This document shows, one piece after another, positions 1 to 9,815 of a stretch of DNA of 64,000 nt. A program made the position numbers and the translations under genes. The stretch spans positions 51,951 to 115,950 of the forward strand of contig JBBIGR010000010.1 of the NCBI GenBank assembly GCA_037447435.1. The letters are read 5' to 3'. Positions within the stretch are counted from its first letter, which is position 1; every line of letters starts with the position of its first letter. The notes below the pieces were generated by a model. That model searched no databases. It was not told where the DNA came from and worked only from the letters and a program-made list of their open reading frames with translations. Origin of the DNA: Fibrobacteria bacterium. GTDB lineage: Bacteria > Fibrobacterota > Chitinivibrionia > Chitinivibrionales > FEN-1185.

Positions 1-149
1 TTGTTGAAACAAGCAATAAAATTGCCGAAATAGCAAACGCCGATGCGGATGCGCGGCAAGTGTATCAAATCAATTTACAGGCTTTTCCAATGACTAAACC
101 GCCGGATGTATTAAAAGATTCCCTGGCAAAAGGCGGAAATAATGAATAG
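1..149 (+). CDS. 3' end (partial) of TIGR02147/DUF4423-like protein
   Basis: Frame from nt 3 reads ...IAEIANADADARQVYQINLQAFPMTKPP...GGNNE*. VYQxNxQxFP matches the family C-terminus. The stop overlaps the next ATG. Not in the supplied ORF track. Confidence 0.7.
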   Translation, partial: VETSNKIAEIANADADARQVYQINLQAFPMTKPPDVLKDSLAKGGNNE

Positions 150-837
150 AAACAGGATTATCACCGTGAGCACGATTGGGAAAAGTATACTGGTGTTGTC
201 GACAATCGTTTGTGTATTGCTTTGTGCCTGTTCCGCACAAAAAATAGCAGGGGGTAACAGTTCGCAAACCGGAAACAACGGGATGCTTTTGGCTGCTGTG
301 TCGCAAACCATTTGCGGTACCACGATTCCGCATGCCTATATTGCGGTGTATGCCGACAGTTTTCTGCCATATAAAGATACCTTGGGTTTTTCCGATTCAA
401 CGCTTGCAAATGACAGCGGCCATTTTTCTTTTTCAAATTTAGCTCCCGGTTACTACAATGTATTCGTCGATAATCGGGCTAAAAGCCGCGGGGGAATGGC
501 TTTTGTGCAAAAGGTTCCGGTTTTTAAAGACTCGGTATTTTCCGATACCCTCGATAGTTTGGCGCAATCGGGTTTTGTGGCCGGAAATGCCGTCGATTCA
601 ATGAACAATCCCTTGTTTTTGTCCTATATTTTCATCAAAGGTTCACCGTTTTATACGTTGGCAAAAAGTAATGGCGGTTTTTTGCTGGGACCTGTGCCGG
701 AAGGAAAATATAAAGTCGGATTATTTGCAGATTATCAAAATATAAAACTTGGACCAAATGTAATGATCGCTAAATCGGTCGTCGACACCGGTATGGCAAC
801 CGTTTATCCCGATAGTACGTCTGTCTGTCAATTTTAA
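142..837 (+). CDS. Lipoprotein with carboxypeptidase-regulatory-like beta-sandwich repeats
   Basis: Lipobox-like LLCAC followed by AGGNSSQTGN. Two repeats: DSGHFSFSNLAPGYY and NGGFLLGPVPEGKY. Confidence 0.7.
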   Translation: MNRNRIITVSTIGKSILVLSTIVCVLLCACSAQKIAGGNSSQTGNNGMLLAAVSQTICGTTIPHAYIAVYADSFLPYKDTLGFSDSTLANDSGHFSFSNLAPGYYNVFVDNRAKSRGGMAFVQKVPVFKDSVFSDTLDSLAQSGFVAGNAVDSMNNPLFLSYIFIKGSPFYTLAKSNGGFLLGPVPEGKYKVGLFADYQNIKLGPNVMIAKSVVDTGMATVYPDSTSVCQF

Positions 838-851
838 CAAAGGAGGAAAAA

Positions 852-1562
852 ATGAAAGCACTGATTGGAACTTGTTTTTTATTGATTTCGGTGTTTGCCG
901 CTTATGGTCATGGGCCGGTTATAACGCTTAAAGACACCGCCATAGTGGTACCCGCAAACCCGACGACGAAAGACTCGCTGATTTTCAACCTTTTTAACGC
1001 AACCGATTGCTGCGGTACGATATACCGAGCCAAGCAAGTGACGATATCGGGCTCTAACATCTATTTGGACTATACATACGATGATTCACTGTGTCAGTAT
1101 ATTGCATGTATTGCAGCCGGGTCTCAGACTTCTTTTTCGTCAAAACCTATCGGAGCCGGAACATATACCATTTTAAAAGTAGCGTCAATGTATTGCGTAG
1201 GAAGAATTTGCCCGATGATTGCCATCATTCCTGAAAAGGTCGGGACGGTGATCGTAACTGCCTCAACTGGGGTAAATACTTTTCCGACAGATAATGGTCG
1301 GGGCAATAAAAACTTCGGTTTGAATGTAACGGGAAATTCAATAGCACTCTCCATGCAAAACAATTCAAGTGTAGACATTAGAGTATTTGATGTCAAAGGA
1401 TCGTTGATCGGTAAAATGTTGAACGCTTCCATGAATGCGGGCTTATCAATAATCAGCATTGATAAGATTGTTGATAAGCAATTTGCCGATGGTGCTATAG
1501 TTGTTCATGTTACGGTACATGGAGCAACAAAGGCGACAAGGATGTTTTTAACCGTAAAGTAA
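852..1562 (+). CDS. Secreted Cys-rich protein with T9SS type-A-like C-terminal sorting domain
   Basis: Strong SD (AGGAGG) and signal peptide. C-terminal VDIRVFDVKGSLI...G.IVVHV...KATRMFLTVK. Confidence 0.6.
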   Translation: MKALIGTCFLLISVFAAYGHGPVITLKDTAIVVPANPTTKDSLIFNLFNATDCCGTIYRAKQVTISGSNIYLDYTYDDSLCQYIACIAAGSQTSFSSKPIGAGTYTILKVASMYCVGRICPMIAIIPEKVGTVIVTASTGVNTFPTDNGRGNKNFGLNVTGNSIALSMQNNSSVDIRVFDVKGSLIGKMLNASMNAGLSIISIDKIVDKQFADGAIVVHVTVHGATKATRMFLTVK

Positions 1563-1651
1563 AATGACAAACCATGGCTGTTTCGCGTATGCGTTTTAAT
1601 TTGGTAAAGATTTAATAGCGCTATTTGCGAAAAAATAAATCAATCGATCAT

Positions 1652-1693
1652 TTAAACGGAGAGGGATGGAAATGCCGTTACCTCTCCGTTTAA
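1652..1693 (+). terminator. Stem-loop between the secreted-protein gene and the phoH-like gene
   Basis: 13-bp inverted repeat TTAAACGGAGAGG / CCTCTCCGTTTAA followed by a T-rich tract. Confidence 0.55.
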
Positions 1694-1761
1694 TTTTGTA
1701 TTTGCGGCAAGTATATTAAAATGAAAAGATGGTTACATTCACAATTTGAAAAAGGGTTCCT

Positions 1762-3078
1762 ATGAAAAATTATATACTCGATACCACGGTCCTTTTTTAC
1801 GACAGTCAGGCGCTGTTCAAATTTGAAGATAACAACGTGATCATTCCGATTACCGTGATCGAGGACGTCGATCATTTTAAAAAAGACCTTACCGAAACCG
1901 GCAGAAACGCGCGGCAGACTTCCCGGTATCTCGACGAATTGAGGAAATCGGGTACCTTGACTAAAGGCGTCAAGCTCGATAATGGCGGAATATTATATGT
2001 CAAAATGGGCGATTCGGAAACGGGGAAACGGGTTCCCCGCGAATTTCAGGAGCGCCAACGGGCTAATCAGATACTTTCAACGGCGTTGGATGTAAAGGAA
2101 AAAGCGGGAAACGTTCCTACAATATTGGTCACCAAAGACATTAATTTGCGAATCAAAGCCGATGCCTTGGGTTTGGTCGTCGAAGATTACGAATCCGATC
2201 GGGTGGAAATAGAAGAACTGTACAGCGGGTATGTCTCAAAAAAGGTTGAATCCTCCGTTATTGACGCGTACTTTGAAAAAGGCTCAATCCCTTTCGGCGA
2301 AGCACTGTATTCGAATCAATACTTGGAATTGATAGATGATAAAAATCCGGATCGGATCGCACTGGGCCGCTACGACGCCAAGGAAAAGAAAATAGTCCGC
2401 CTCGTGTCCGAAGGAAAAGAAGGAATGTTCCGGATAAAACCCCGGAATACGGAACAGCTGTTCACCATGGATGCGCTATTGAACGATTCCATTCAATTGG
2501 TGACCTTGGTGGGAAAGGCCGGAACGGGAAAAACCTTGTTGGCTGTTGCGGCGAGCTTAAGCAAAACCATAGACGACAATATGTTTACGAGGATTTTGGT
2601 TTCGCGCCCGACGCTTCCAATGGGTAAAGATATCGGGTTCTTACCCGGGACGGTCGAAGAAAAACTGACCCCGTGGATGTATCCCATTATCGATAATGTC
2701 GATTTGCTGCTTCGAAGCGAGGCAAAGGCCCGTCGGCATATACGGGGATTCAAGGAGCTCATGGATACCGGTATTTTAGTGATAGAACCGCTTACCTATA
2801 TCCGGGGTCGGTCTATTCATAATCAATATCTCATCGTTGATGAGGCTCAAAACCTGACGCCTCATGAAATTAAAACCATCATGACGCGTGTCGGCGACGG
2901 GACAAAAATCGTATTGACGGGCGATCCGTACCAAATCGATAATCCGTATATCGATTCATCGAGTAACGGCCTCACGTACGTCGTTGAAAAATTCAAAAAT
3001 CAGGATATCGCCGCCCATGTGACCTTGACCAAAGGCGAAAGGTCGGTTTTGTCGGAGCTGGCCGCGAATATTTTATAA
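1762..3078 (+). CDS. PhoH-family ATPase with N-terminal PIN domain (PhoH2/YlaK type)
   Basis: PIN motifs YILDTTVL and LVTKDINLRIKA; Walker A GKAGTGKT; YIRGRS; VDEAQNLT; GDPYQID. Confidence 0.93.
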   Translation: MKNYILDTTVLFYDSQALFKFEDNNVIIPITVIEDVDHFKKDLTETGRNARQTSRYLDELRKSGTLTKGVKLDNGGILYVKMGDSETGKRVPREFQERQRANQILSTALDVKEKAGNVPTILVTKDINLRIKADALGLVVEDYESDRVEIEELYSGYVSKKVESSVIDAYFEKGSIPFGEALYSNQYLELIDDKNPDRIALGRYDAKEKKIVRLVSEGKEGMFRIKPRNTEQLFTMDALLNDSIQLVTLVGKAGTGKTLLAVAASLSKTIDDNMFTRILVSRPTLPMGKDIGFLPGTVEEKLTPWMYPIIDNVDLLLRSEAKARRHIRGFKELMDTGILVIEPLTYIRGRSIHNQYLIVDEAQNLTPHEIKTIMTRVGDGTKIVLTGDPYQIDNPYIDSSSNGLTYVVEKFKNQDIAAHVTLTKGERSVLSELAANIL

Positions 3079-3082
3079 GGGG

Positions 3083-3556
3083 TTATGCTTGGATAATCGA
3101 GGAAATTGTTTGCACTGTTTCGTCGAGTTTCTTTTTGCTGCAATAAATCCCCCAAAAAAGCGCAACGCCGGGAAGAGGCGTCGCCTCGAGCTCTTCGAAC
3201 AATTCGTTTACTTTATGTAAACATCTCTTGGCGCCGGAGAAAAATGTGGGCAAGCCCGATGTCGTAAAACAAAGGGCCTTTTTATTTTTGAGCGAGTCGA
3301 GTTGTTTTAAAAAAGCAACAGCGACCGGCGATGCGCCGAATGCCAAAATGGGGCCGCCGACCAATACGGCGTCATATTCTTCGACATCGGGGAGATTGCG
3401 GAACGTCACCGACCTCATCGTGGCGCGGACTTTGTTGACCGGCCGTAATAATTCGATGGATACGTCGTGTCCTTTTTCACGCAACGCATGGGTGAGCGCA
3501 AGCCCGAGCTTCGCCGTGTTGCCGGATTGGGAATGAATGAATATCCCGATTTTCAT
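3083..3556 (-). CDS. Flavodoxin-like protein
   Basis: HSQSGNT FMN-binding loop; YDAVLVGGP. Confidence 0.8.
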   Translation of the reverse strand: MKIGIFIHSQSGNTAKLGLALTHALREKGHDVSIELLRPVNKVRATMRSVTFRNLPDVEEYDAVLVGGPILAFGASPVAVAFLKQLDSLKNKKALCFTTSGLPTFFSGAKRCLHKVNELFEELEATPLPGVALFWGIYCSKKKLDETVQTISSIIQA

Positions 3557-3559
3557 GGC

Positions 3560-5026
3560 CTATTTTCTCTCGAAAAGGGTATCCATAGACGATACGATCG
3601 TGCTCGGTGTAAGAGCCCGCAGCGAGAAACCTTTGATGGTATCATTTTTAAAAATCACCGACGTGTCGCCGACGACGGTATAAGTAATTTTAGACGGATC
3701 GAGATATTTTTTCGCCGCATTGGCGATATCATTTTTTGTCAATGCGTTGACTTTAGAAGGAAACGAGACGAAATGATCCGGCAACCGTTTCCAGTATTCG
3801 TTTTGCTCGTAATTTTCCACGATGTCGTCGGGCGAACGGAACATGGACGGCAATCCGTCGATTAATATTTTCTTGGCATGGCTCAATTCTTCGTCGGAAA
3901 TTCCCGAAGACCGGATTTTTGCAATTTCATCATTCGCGATCGCCATTGCCTTGCTTGCGGTTTCATTTTTAGTGTGGAATTCCACGAAAAAGGTGGCCGG
4001 AAAGAAATAATTCGACCCGGCGCTCGAATAAATCACATATGCCAACCCCTCGTCAGAACGGACCTTGCTGCCCAGCCGCGAGGTAAATCCTTCACCGCCA
4101 AGAATAAGGTTGAGGACCTGTAACGCGTAGAAATCGTCGTTGGGGCGTTTAAAAAGGGGTAACCCCATACGGACATAGCTCTGTGTGATCGGCTTGTTGA
4201 CAATAATGGATTTCGCGAGCGGTTTCACCGCGATTTGCGCATAGCAGGAATCATTTGTCGTGGCCGAGCCTGCTTTGGGAAACAGTGCGGTCAGTTTTTG
4301 TTCGATTGCCTTCGTGGTGAAGTTCCCGGAAATCGCAACCATCATATTCGCTGTTGCAAATATTTTATCGTGCAAATTGATTAAATCCTGTCTTTTGATG
4401 GCGCTAACGGTTTTTGCCGTGGCTAGGGCATTGTTTTTCCCGTCGCGATACATTGCTTTTTCATATGCCGCATCCAGAATCGGGTCGGGATTGTCGAACC
4501 GGTGCGCAATGGATTCCAAAAATATGGATGTTTGCTTTTTGACTTTTCTTTCCTCGAAACTCGGGGAGAAAAGAATTTGCGAAAGGATGTATAAACACGT
4601 ATCGGTAAATTCCGAAAGGCAGGAACAGGAAAAAGAAATTTGCGTTTCCGAAGCGGAAACCGAAAAATGCATGGCGTATACATCGATGAGATTGTCAAGC
4701 GTGTCCGACGGGTATGCTTTGGTTCCGCCGGTACGCATGAGAGACGCCATTAAACTGCTCAGCCCCTCTTTGTCCAAAGGGTCGGCGATGGAACCGTACC
4801 GCACCGTACCCGATACCTTGACGTACGGTAGCGAATGGTCTTCGGCGATATAGGTCACCAGGCCGTTGGAAAGCACATGGCGATACGGTTCGCCGAGCGG
4901 GACTTTCCAATCCAATGGGGGATACTGAATTTTTGCCGGGACAGCCGGTTTCGTTGATCCTTGTCCCAAACAAATACCAAACGCAATTACTGCGAAAAGC
5001 ATGCATCGAATCATTCTTTGTTTCAT
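3560..5026 (-). CDS. M16 family peptidase, non-catalytic subunit
   Basis: Signal peptide; LSNGL...EDHSLP; SRLGSKVRSDEGLAY; no HxxEH motif. Confidence 0.88.
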   Translation of the reverse strand: MKQRMIRCMLFAVIAFGICLGQGSTKPAVPAKIQYPPLDWKVPLGEPYRHVLSNGLVTYIAEDHSLPYVKVSGTVRYGSIADPLDKEGLSSLMASLMRTGGTKAYPSDTLDNLIDVYAMHFSVSASETQISFSCSCLSEFTDTCLYILSQILFSPSFEERKVKKQTSIFLESIAHRFDNPDPILDAAYEKAMYRDGKNNALATAKTVSAIKRQDLINLHDKIFATANMMVAISGNFTTKAIEQKLTALFPKAGSATTNDSCYAQIAVKPLAKSIIVNKPITQSYVRMGLPLFKRPNDDFYALQVLNLILGGEGFTSRLGSKVRSDEGLAYVIYSSAGSNYFFPATFFVEFHTKNETASKAMAIANDEIAKIRSSGISDEELSHAKKILIDGLPSMFRSPDDIVENYEQNEYWKRLPDHFVSFPSKVNALTKNDIANAAKKYLDPSKITYTVVGDTSVIFKNDTIKGFSLRALTPSTIVSSMDTLFERK

Positions 5027-5039
5027 TGAGTGGTTCCCG

Positions 5040-6536
5040 TCATTTTCCTGAAGATGGTTGTTTTTGCAATAATAAACCCATGGTCGCCTTGCTGAAATCG
5101 AAATAGGTATTGACGATACCCGGAATATCAGATGCTTTTACTGCCGCGATTTTATCGGGATAGGAGAGCATGTATTTCCATGACCCGATCCTTTCGAAAT
5201 AGGCCAAACGGTCGGATACGCCTTCAAGGCTTTTCAAGTTCGATACAAACGACATCCGGATACTGTTTTTTATACGCTCCATTTCCCGTGCAGAGGGAGG
5301 ATCTTTTGCAAGCGATGCCAGTTCATCCTTGATGATTTGCTCCACTTTTTGCGGATCAACCCCTTTTTTCAACGTTGCCGAAATTTCGAAGTAGCCGTCG
5401 TTTATTCGTATGGAATTCGACGCCTCCGCATCGGTGCAACAATCTTCCCTATTGACAAGCCTGTCGAATAATCTGCCGCTTCTTCCGGACAGAATCGATT
5501 CCAGGACTTCAAGTTTGTAAAGGTCGTCATGGTAAAAACCCGGGGTGTGGAACATGATGTCGATGCGCGGTTCGGCATCGTCGTACACGGTGAACCTGGT
5601 TTCACCGATCGGCATCGGCTCACGGGTAACGACTTCGGGTTTGGGTTTGGCTGCCCGGGGAATTGCGCTGAAGTATTTGTTGATGTCCGCAATCGCTTTC
5701 TTCGGCGACACATTGCCGACGAGCACAATAACCGCATTATCGGGCGTGTAGAATTGCTTCACATGGTTCGAAAGGTCCTGGATGGTGTAATTTTGGATAT
5801 CCGATTTCCACCCTATTGTCGGCAGCCGGTAAGGGTTTGCAATATAGAATAATGAATTCAAATATTCGTAAAACCTGTTTCCGGGTTGGTTCTCATACCG
5901 CATTCTTCGTTCTTCCAGTACGACGTCCCGTTCGCTGTAAAATTCCCTGAAAACCGGGTTTGCCATGCGGTCGGATTCTATCCAGTAAAAAAGTTCGATC
6001 TTGTTCTTTGGTAAGGTGACGATATACGCGGTCATGTCGTCAGCGGTCCACCCGTTTAAATGCGTGGCGCCGTTGCCCATGTACAATTCCCAAATTTCGT
6101 CTTTTTTAATGAATTCCCGCTGTTTATCGGTATAGCCGAGAATTTCGCGTCTTAGCGATTTGCAAACGGCTGCCGTGTCCGAAATCCCGCGGTTTTTTAA
6201 TTTGTAAATTAGTTTGTCCACGGAATCTATTTTTGCCAGCCACAAAGATTCCTTTTTAAAATCCTTGGTCCCCAGCGTATGCGTCCCCTTGAACATCATA
6301 TGCTCATACATATGTGAAAGACCCGATGTTCCGAATCCTTCATACATGGAACCCACGAAATAATACAGCCTGCACGACACGACGGCGACATTCGTGTCCG
6401 GGACAATAATGATGCGAAGTCCGTTTTTCAACGTGTCGTAGGTGACGGGTACGTTGATGTCGTAGGCGCTAACGGCTGCCGTCAGGGAGACGATTGCGAA
6501 GCATAATTTCAATAAAGAATACATTGTTTTCTCCAA
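5040..6536 (-). CDS. M16 family zinc peptidase, catalytic subunit
   Basis: HxxEH motif SHMYEHMMFKGT; ERDVVLEERRMR; signal peptide; TTG start. Confidence 0.92.
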   Translation of the reverse strand: MEKTMYSLLKLCFAIVSLTAAVSAYDINVPVTYDTLKNGLRIIIVPDTNVAVVSCRLYYFVGSMYEGFGTSGLSHMYEHMMFKGTHTLGTKDFKKESLWLAKIDSVDKLIYKLKNRGISDTAAVCKSLRREILGYTDKQREFIKKDEIWELYMGNGATHLNGWTADDMTAYIVTLPKNKIELFYWIESDRMANPVFREFYSERDVVLEERRMRYENQPGNRFYEYLNSLFYIANPYRLPTIGWKSDIQNYTIQDLSNHVKQFYTPDNAVIVLVGNVSPKKAIADINKYFSAIPRAAKPKPEVVTREPMPIGETRFTVYDDAEPRIDIMFHTPGFYHDDLYKLEVLESILSGRSGRLFDRLVNREDCCTDAEASNSIRINDGYFEISATLKKGVDPQKVEQIIKDELASLAKDPPSAREMERIKNSIRMSFVSNLKSLEGVSDRLAYFERIGSWKYMLSYPDKIAAVKASDIPGIVNTYFDFSKATMGLLLQKQPSSGK

Positions 6537-6610
6537 AAAGAGGGATTCTCTTCGGCATATCTCTTAACAAAAAAGAGTTGCCGTGAGGTCGAAATAATGA
6601 ATATCCGTTC

Positions 6611-7948
6611 TTAAGCCTTCTTGTCTATAATTTGCCGAATTGTCTGGTAACCGTAATGCATAAAAAGATGGTCGAGCAATATCATTGCCGTATAATTTTC
6701 CGCAACCGGCCAAACGCGAGCGACAATAGTAGGGTCGCGACGGGTTATAGCGGCAAGTTCGGTTGTTGCCAATGTGTATTTGTCTATTGTCGTCTGCCTT
6801 TTTGCTATTGTCGGCGTTGGCTTGACCGCCAAACGAACGACCAGCGGCGTTCCCGTTGCCAATCCGCCGGTGACTCCGCCGGCTTGGTTCGTATCGAAAA
6901 GCACCTTGTTGTTTTCCGAATGCATTTGGTCGTTGCTCTGGATGCCGGTCATGTCTTTCACCGCCATACCGGCCCCGATTTCAACTGCTTTGACAGCACC
7001 TATTCCGAGCATTTTGCCCAGGTCGGCATCGAGTTTGTCGAAAACGGGTTCGCCCAGTCCTACGGGTAAACCAACGGCAACGACTTCAACGATGCCTCCG
7101 CTCGAATCGCCGCTGTCGGTGATCTTGTTGATCGCCTTGACCATTTCGACTGCAGCGGAGATATCGGGACAATTAATAATATGATGGACATCGTATTTTT
7201 CCAAAATTTCTTTTGCCGTTACTTTTGGGGACTTGTCCCTGATTGAATCAATTTCATTTTCGATTTCTGCAAATATCGCAGCCTTTTCAAGGAAACGCAT
7301 ATCGGGCGTAATGCGATGTTTCGCATAGATTTCCTGGTAAAAAGGATCCGTGTCGCATCGCATTTTCTTATATGAATTTGTCCGACGTTCAATGGTCGAA
7401 AGGTCCAATTCCCCGCATCGGATACCGGCGGCTTCTTTGACGTAAGCAAATACTTTTATGCCGCACTTCGCCAGGATTTTTTTTGCCACATATCCGGCTG
7501 CGACTATTGTTGCCGTATATCGACCGGAAAAAATTCCCGCGCCGATAGCATCGTCGTCCGGTCCATATTTAATGAACGAGGCATACGACGCGTGTCCGGG
7601 GCGAGGAGTCCGGTTGGTGTCTTGGTATTGTTTGATATGGATAAAATGCCGGTCCAAATTCGGAATCAAAATTGTCAGCGGCGTGCCGTTGGTATGGTTT
7701 TTGTTTCCGGCGCCTTCAATCGTGTCTGCCGCATTAACTCCGGTGTAAATAAGCGGAAGGTCGGGTTCCTTGCGCGGGGAAGAAAGTTCGTCCGCACCGG
7801 GTTTTCTCAGCAACAAATCACCATAAATTTCCTCTTCGGTAAGAAGCAGTCCCGGCGGCACGCCTTGAACGACCGATGTCAGTCCTTCCTGATACGAACC
7901 CCCGGCTACCGTTGCCTGAAAAAAACGACCGAAATGACATCCGACCAT
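6611..7948 (-). CDS. aroC: Chorismate synthase (divergent, with insertion)
   Basis: GVPPGL, RPGHA, SGRYTA...AAG, GDSSGG, GLGEPVFDKLDA, KPTPTI, RRDPT. The usual GESHG reads GGSYQ. Confidence 0.8.
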   Translation of the reverse strand: MVGCHFGRFFQATVAGGSYQEGLTSVVQGVPPGLLLTEEEIYGDLLLRKPGADELSSPRKEPDLPLIYTGVNAADTIEGAGNKNHTNGTPLTILIPNLDRHFIHIKQYQDTNRTPRPGHASYASFIKYGPDDDAIGAGIFSGRYTATIVAAGYVAKKILAKCGIKVFAYVKEAAGIRCGELDLSTIERRTNSYKKMRCDTDPFYQEIYAKHRITPDMRFLEKAAIFAEIENEIDSIRDKSPKVTAKEILEKYDVHHIINCPDISAAVEMVKAINKITDSGDSSGGIVEVVAVGLPVGLGEPVFDKLDADLGKMLGIGAVKAVEIGAGMAVKDMTGIQSNDQMHSENNKVLFDTNQAGGVTGGLATGTPLVVRLAVKPTPTIAKRQTTIDKYTLATTELAAITRRDPTIVARVWPVAENYTAMILLDHLFMHYGYQTIRQIIDKKA

Positions 7949-8137
7949 AGTATCTCCGTTCTTCTAATTAGTATGGTGATATTATTGAAGATATAAAATA
8001 TATGAAGAAAGGTTTTTCTCAAAACAATCAAATGGTGAAATTTGCGATTTTTATTCTTTTTTGCATTCCTTGTTCAACATCAATCATTTTCTATGATCTT
8101 TTCCAAATTAATTCCTATAACATTATGGAGTTAGATC

Positions 8138-9748
8138 ATGACAGACGTTGTTTCAATAAAAAGAGCTTTGATTAGCGTTTCCGATAAAACAGGCTTGTTG
8201 CCTTTTGCCAAAATGCTTAATACAAAAGATATTGAGATACTTTCGACCGGCGGCACGGCAAGAATGTTGCATGATAATGATATTGCCGTTAAAACAGTGG
8301 ATTCATATACGGGTTTTCCCGAAATAATGGATGGAAGGGTAAAAACGCTTCATCCTAAGGTACACGGTGGCCTTTTAGGCGTTCGGGACAACGCAGCACA
8401 TATGGAACAAATGAAAGTAAACGGGATTTCGCCGATCGATCTTGTTATTGTAAATTTATATCCGTTCAAGGCGACAATTGAAAAACCGGATGTTTCCCTT
8501 GAAGAAGCAATAGAAAACATCGATATCGGTGGTCCGGCAATGCTTCGCAGCGCCGCAAAAAACCATGCCTATGTCACGGTTATCGTCGATCCTGCCGACT
8601 ATGCGCTGATTTCAGAAGCTATTCAATCAAAAGGGTATGTTCCGCTCGATATGCGCCGGTATCTTGCTGCAAAGGCTTTTGCCCATACTGCGGATTACGA
8701 TTCTACGATAGACGCCTATCTTTCGAGGATGTTTTTACATGAGGATGTTTTACGGCAAAGTTTTAGAAACGGCGTAGAACTCCGCTATGGCGAAAATCCG
8801 CATCAGGCCGCCACGTTCTATAAAGTAAAAGACTGTACCGAGCCCTGTATGGCAACGGCATCTCAACTTCACGGCAAAGAGCTTTCTTATAATAATATCG
8901 TCGATGGCGATGCGGCGCTGGAGGCGGTAAAGGAATTATACGATGTACCGGCTGCCTCAATTATTAAGCATACCAATCCGTGCGGTTATGCAACGGGCGC
9001 CACTTTGGCCGATGCATTGACGCAGGCATGGTCGGGTGATACAATTTCCGCCTACGGCAGCGTTATTGCCGTTTCAAGAGTGATGGACCTTGCTGCTGCA
9101 AAAGTCCTTTCCGGCAGATTTGTCGAAGTGCTTATCGCACCCGATTTCACCGAAGACGCCTTGAAATTTTTAAAGGAAAAAAGCTCGCAAATCAGGCTGC
9201 TCAAAGTAGGCGAATTGACGGGTGTCAAGCAGGAAAAAAAGAGCTTCAAACATGTGGTCGGCGGCATGTTGTGTCAAGATAGGGATATACTTGAATTTGC
9301 GAAATGGGAAACCGTTACAAAAGCGCCGTTTCCTCAAAATAAAAATGCGCTTGCGCGTTTTGCTTGGAAAGCCAGTAAACACGTAAAATCGAATGCAATT
9401 ATGCTTGCTCAGGAATATCAGGCGGGTATGTATCGTATTGTCGGAATGGGAGCTGGGCAACCGAACCGTGTCGATTCGCTGCGTAAACTCTGCGTGACAA
9501 AAGCACGGGAAAATTTTGCCGCGGAAAAAAATGTCGCAGCTTCCGATTTTGCGGGCGAATTTGCGGAATTGGTTCTGGCGTCCGATGCGTTTTTCCCGTT
9601 TGCGGATAATATTGAAGAGGCTCAAAGGATGAATATCAAATATATAGTTCAGCCGGGCGGTTCCAAGCATGACGGCGAAGTCATCGAAGCATGCGATAAA
9701 TACGGAATAGCCATGGTATTTACCGGAACGCGCCATTTCAGACACTAA
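8138..9748 (+). CDS. purH: Bifunctional AICAR transformylase / IMP cyclohydrolase
   Basis: ALISVSDKTG, STGGTA, GRVKTLHP, ENIDIGGP, LRYGENPHQ, KHTNPCG, SDAFFPF, RHFRH. Confidence 0.98.
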   Translation: MTDVVSIKRALISVSDKTGLLPFAKMLNTKDIEILSTGGTARMLHDNDIAVKTVDSYTGFPEIMDGRVKTLHPKVHGGLLGVRDNAAHMEQMKVNGISPIDLVIVNLYPFKATIEKPDVSLEEAIENIDIGGPAMLRSAAKNHAYVTVIVDPADYALISEAIQSKGYVPLDMRRYLAAKAFAHTADYDSTIDAYLSRMFLHEDVLRQSFRNGVELRYGENPHQAATFYKVKDCTEPCMATASQLHGKELSYNNIVDGDAALEAVKELYDVPAASIIKHTNPCGYATGATLADALTQAWSGDTISAYGSVIAVSRVMDLAAAKVLSGRFVEVLIAPDFTEDALKFLKEKSSQIRLLKVGELTGVKQEKKSFKHVVGGMLCQDRDILEFAKWETVTKAPFPQNKNALARFAWKASKHVKSNAIMLAQEYQAGMYRIVGMGAGQPNRVDSLRKLCVTKARENFAAEKNVAASDFAGEFAELVLASDAFFPFADNIEEAQRMNIKYIVQPGGSKHDGEVIEACDKYGIAMVFTGTRHFRH

Positions 9749-9815
9749 AGCAATCCGCCGGCAAACCGGTGGGTAGAAAATTGATCTTTTTTTGATATAA
9801 AGGATTGTACTCATT

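Noticed and set aside
1762..3078. PIN-domain toxin-antitoxin module
   Set aside because: PIN is fused to PhoH in the common PhoH2/YlaK form, and no antitoxin ORF is evident upstream.
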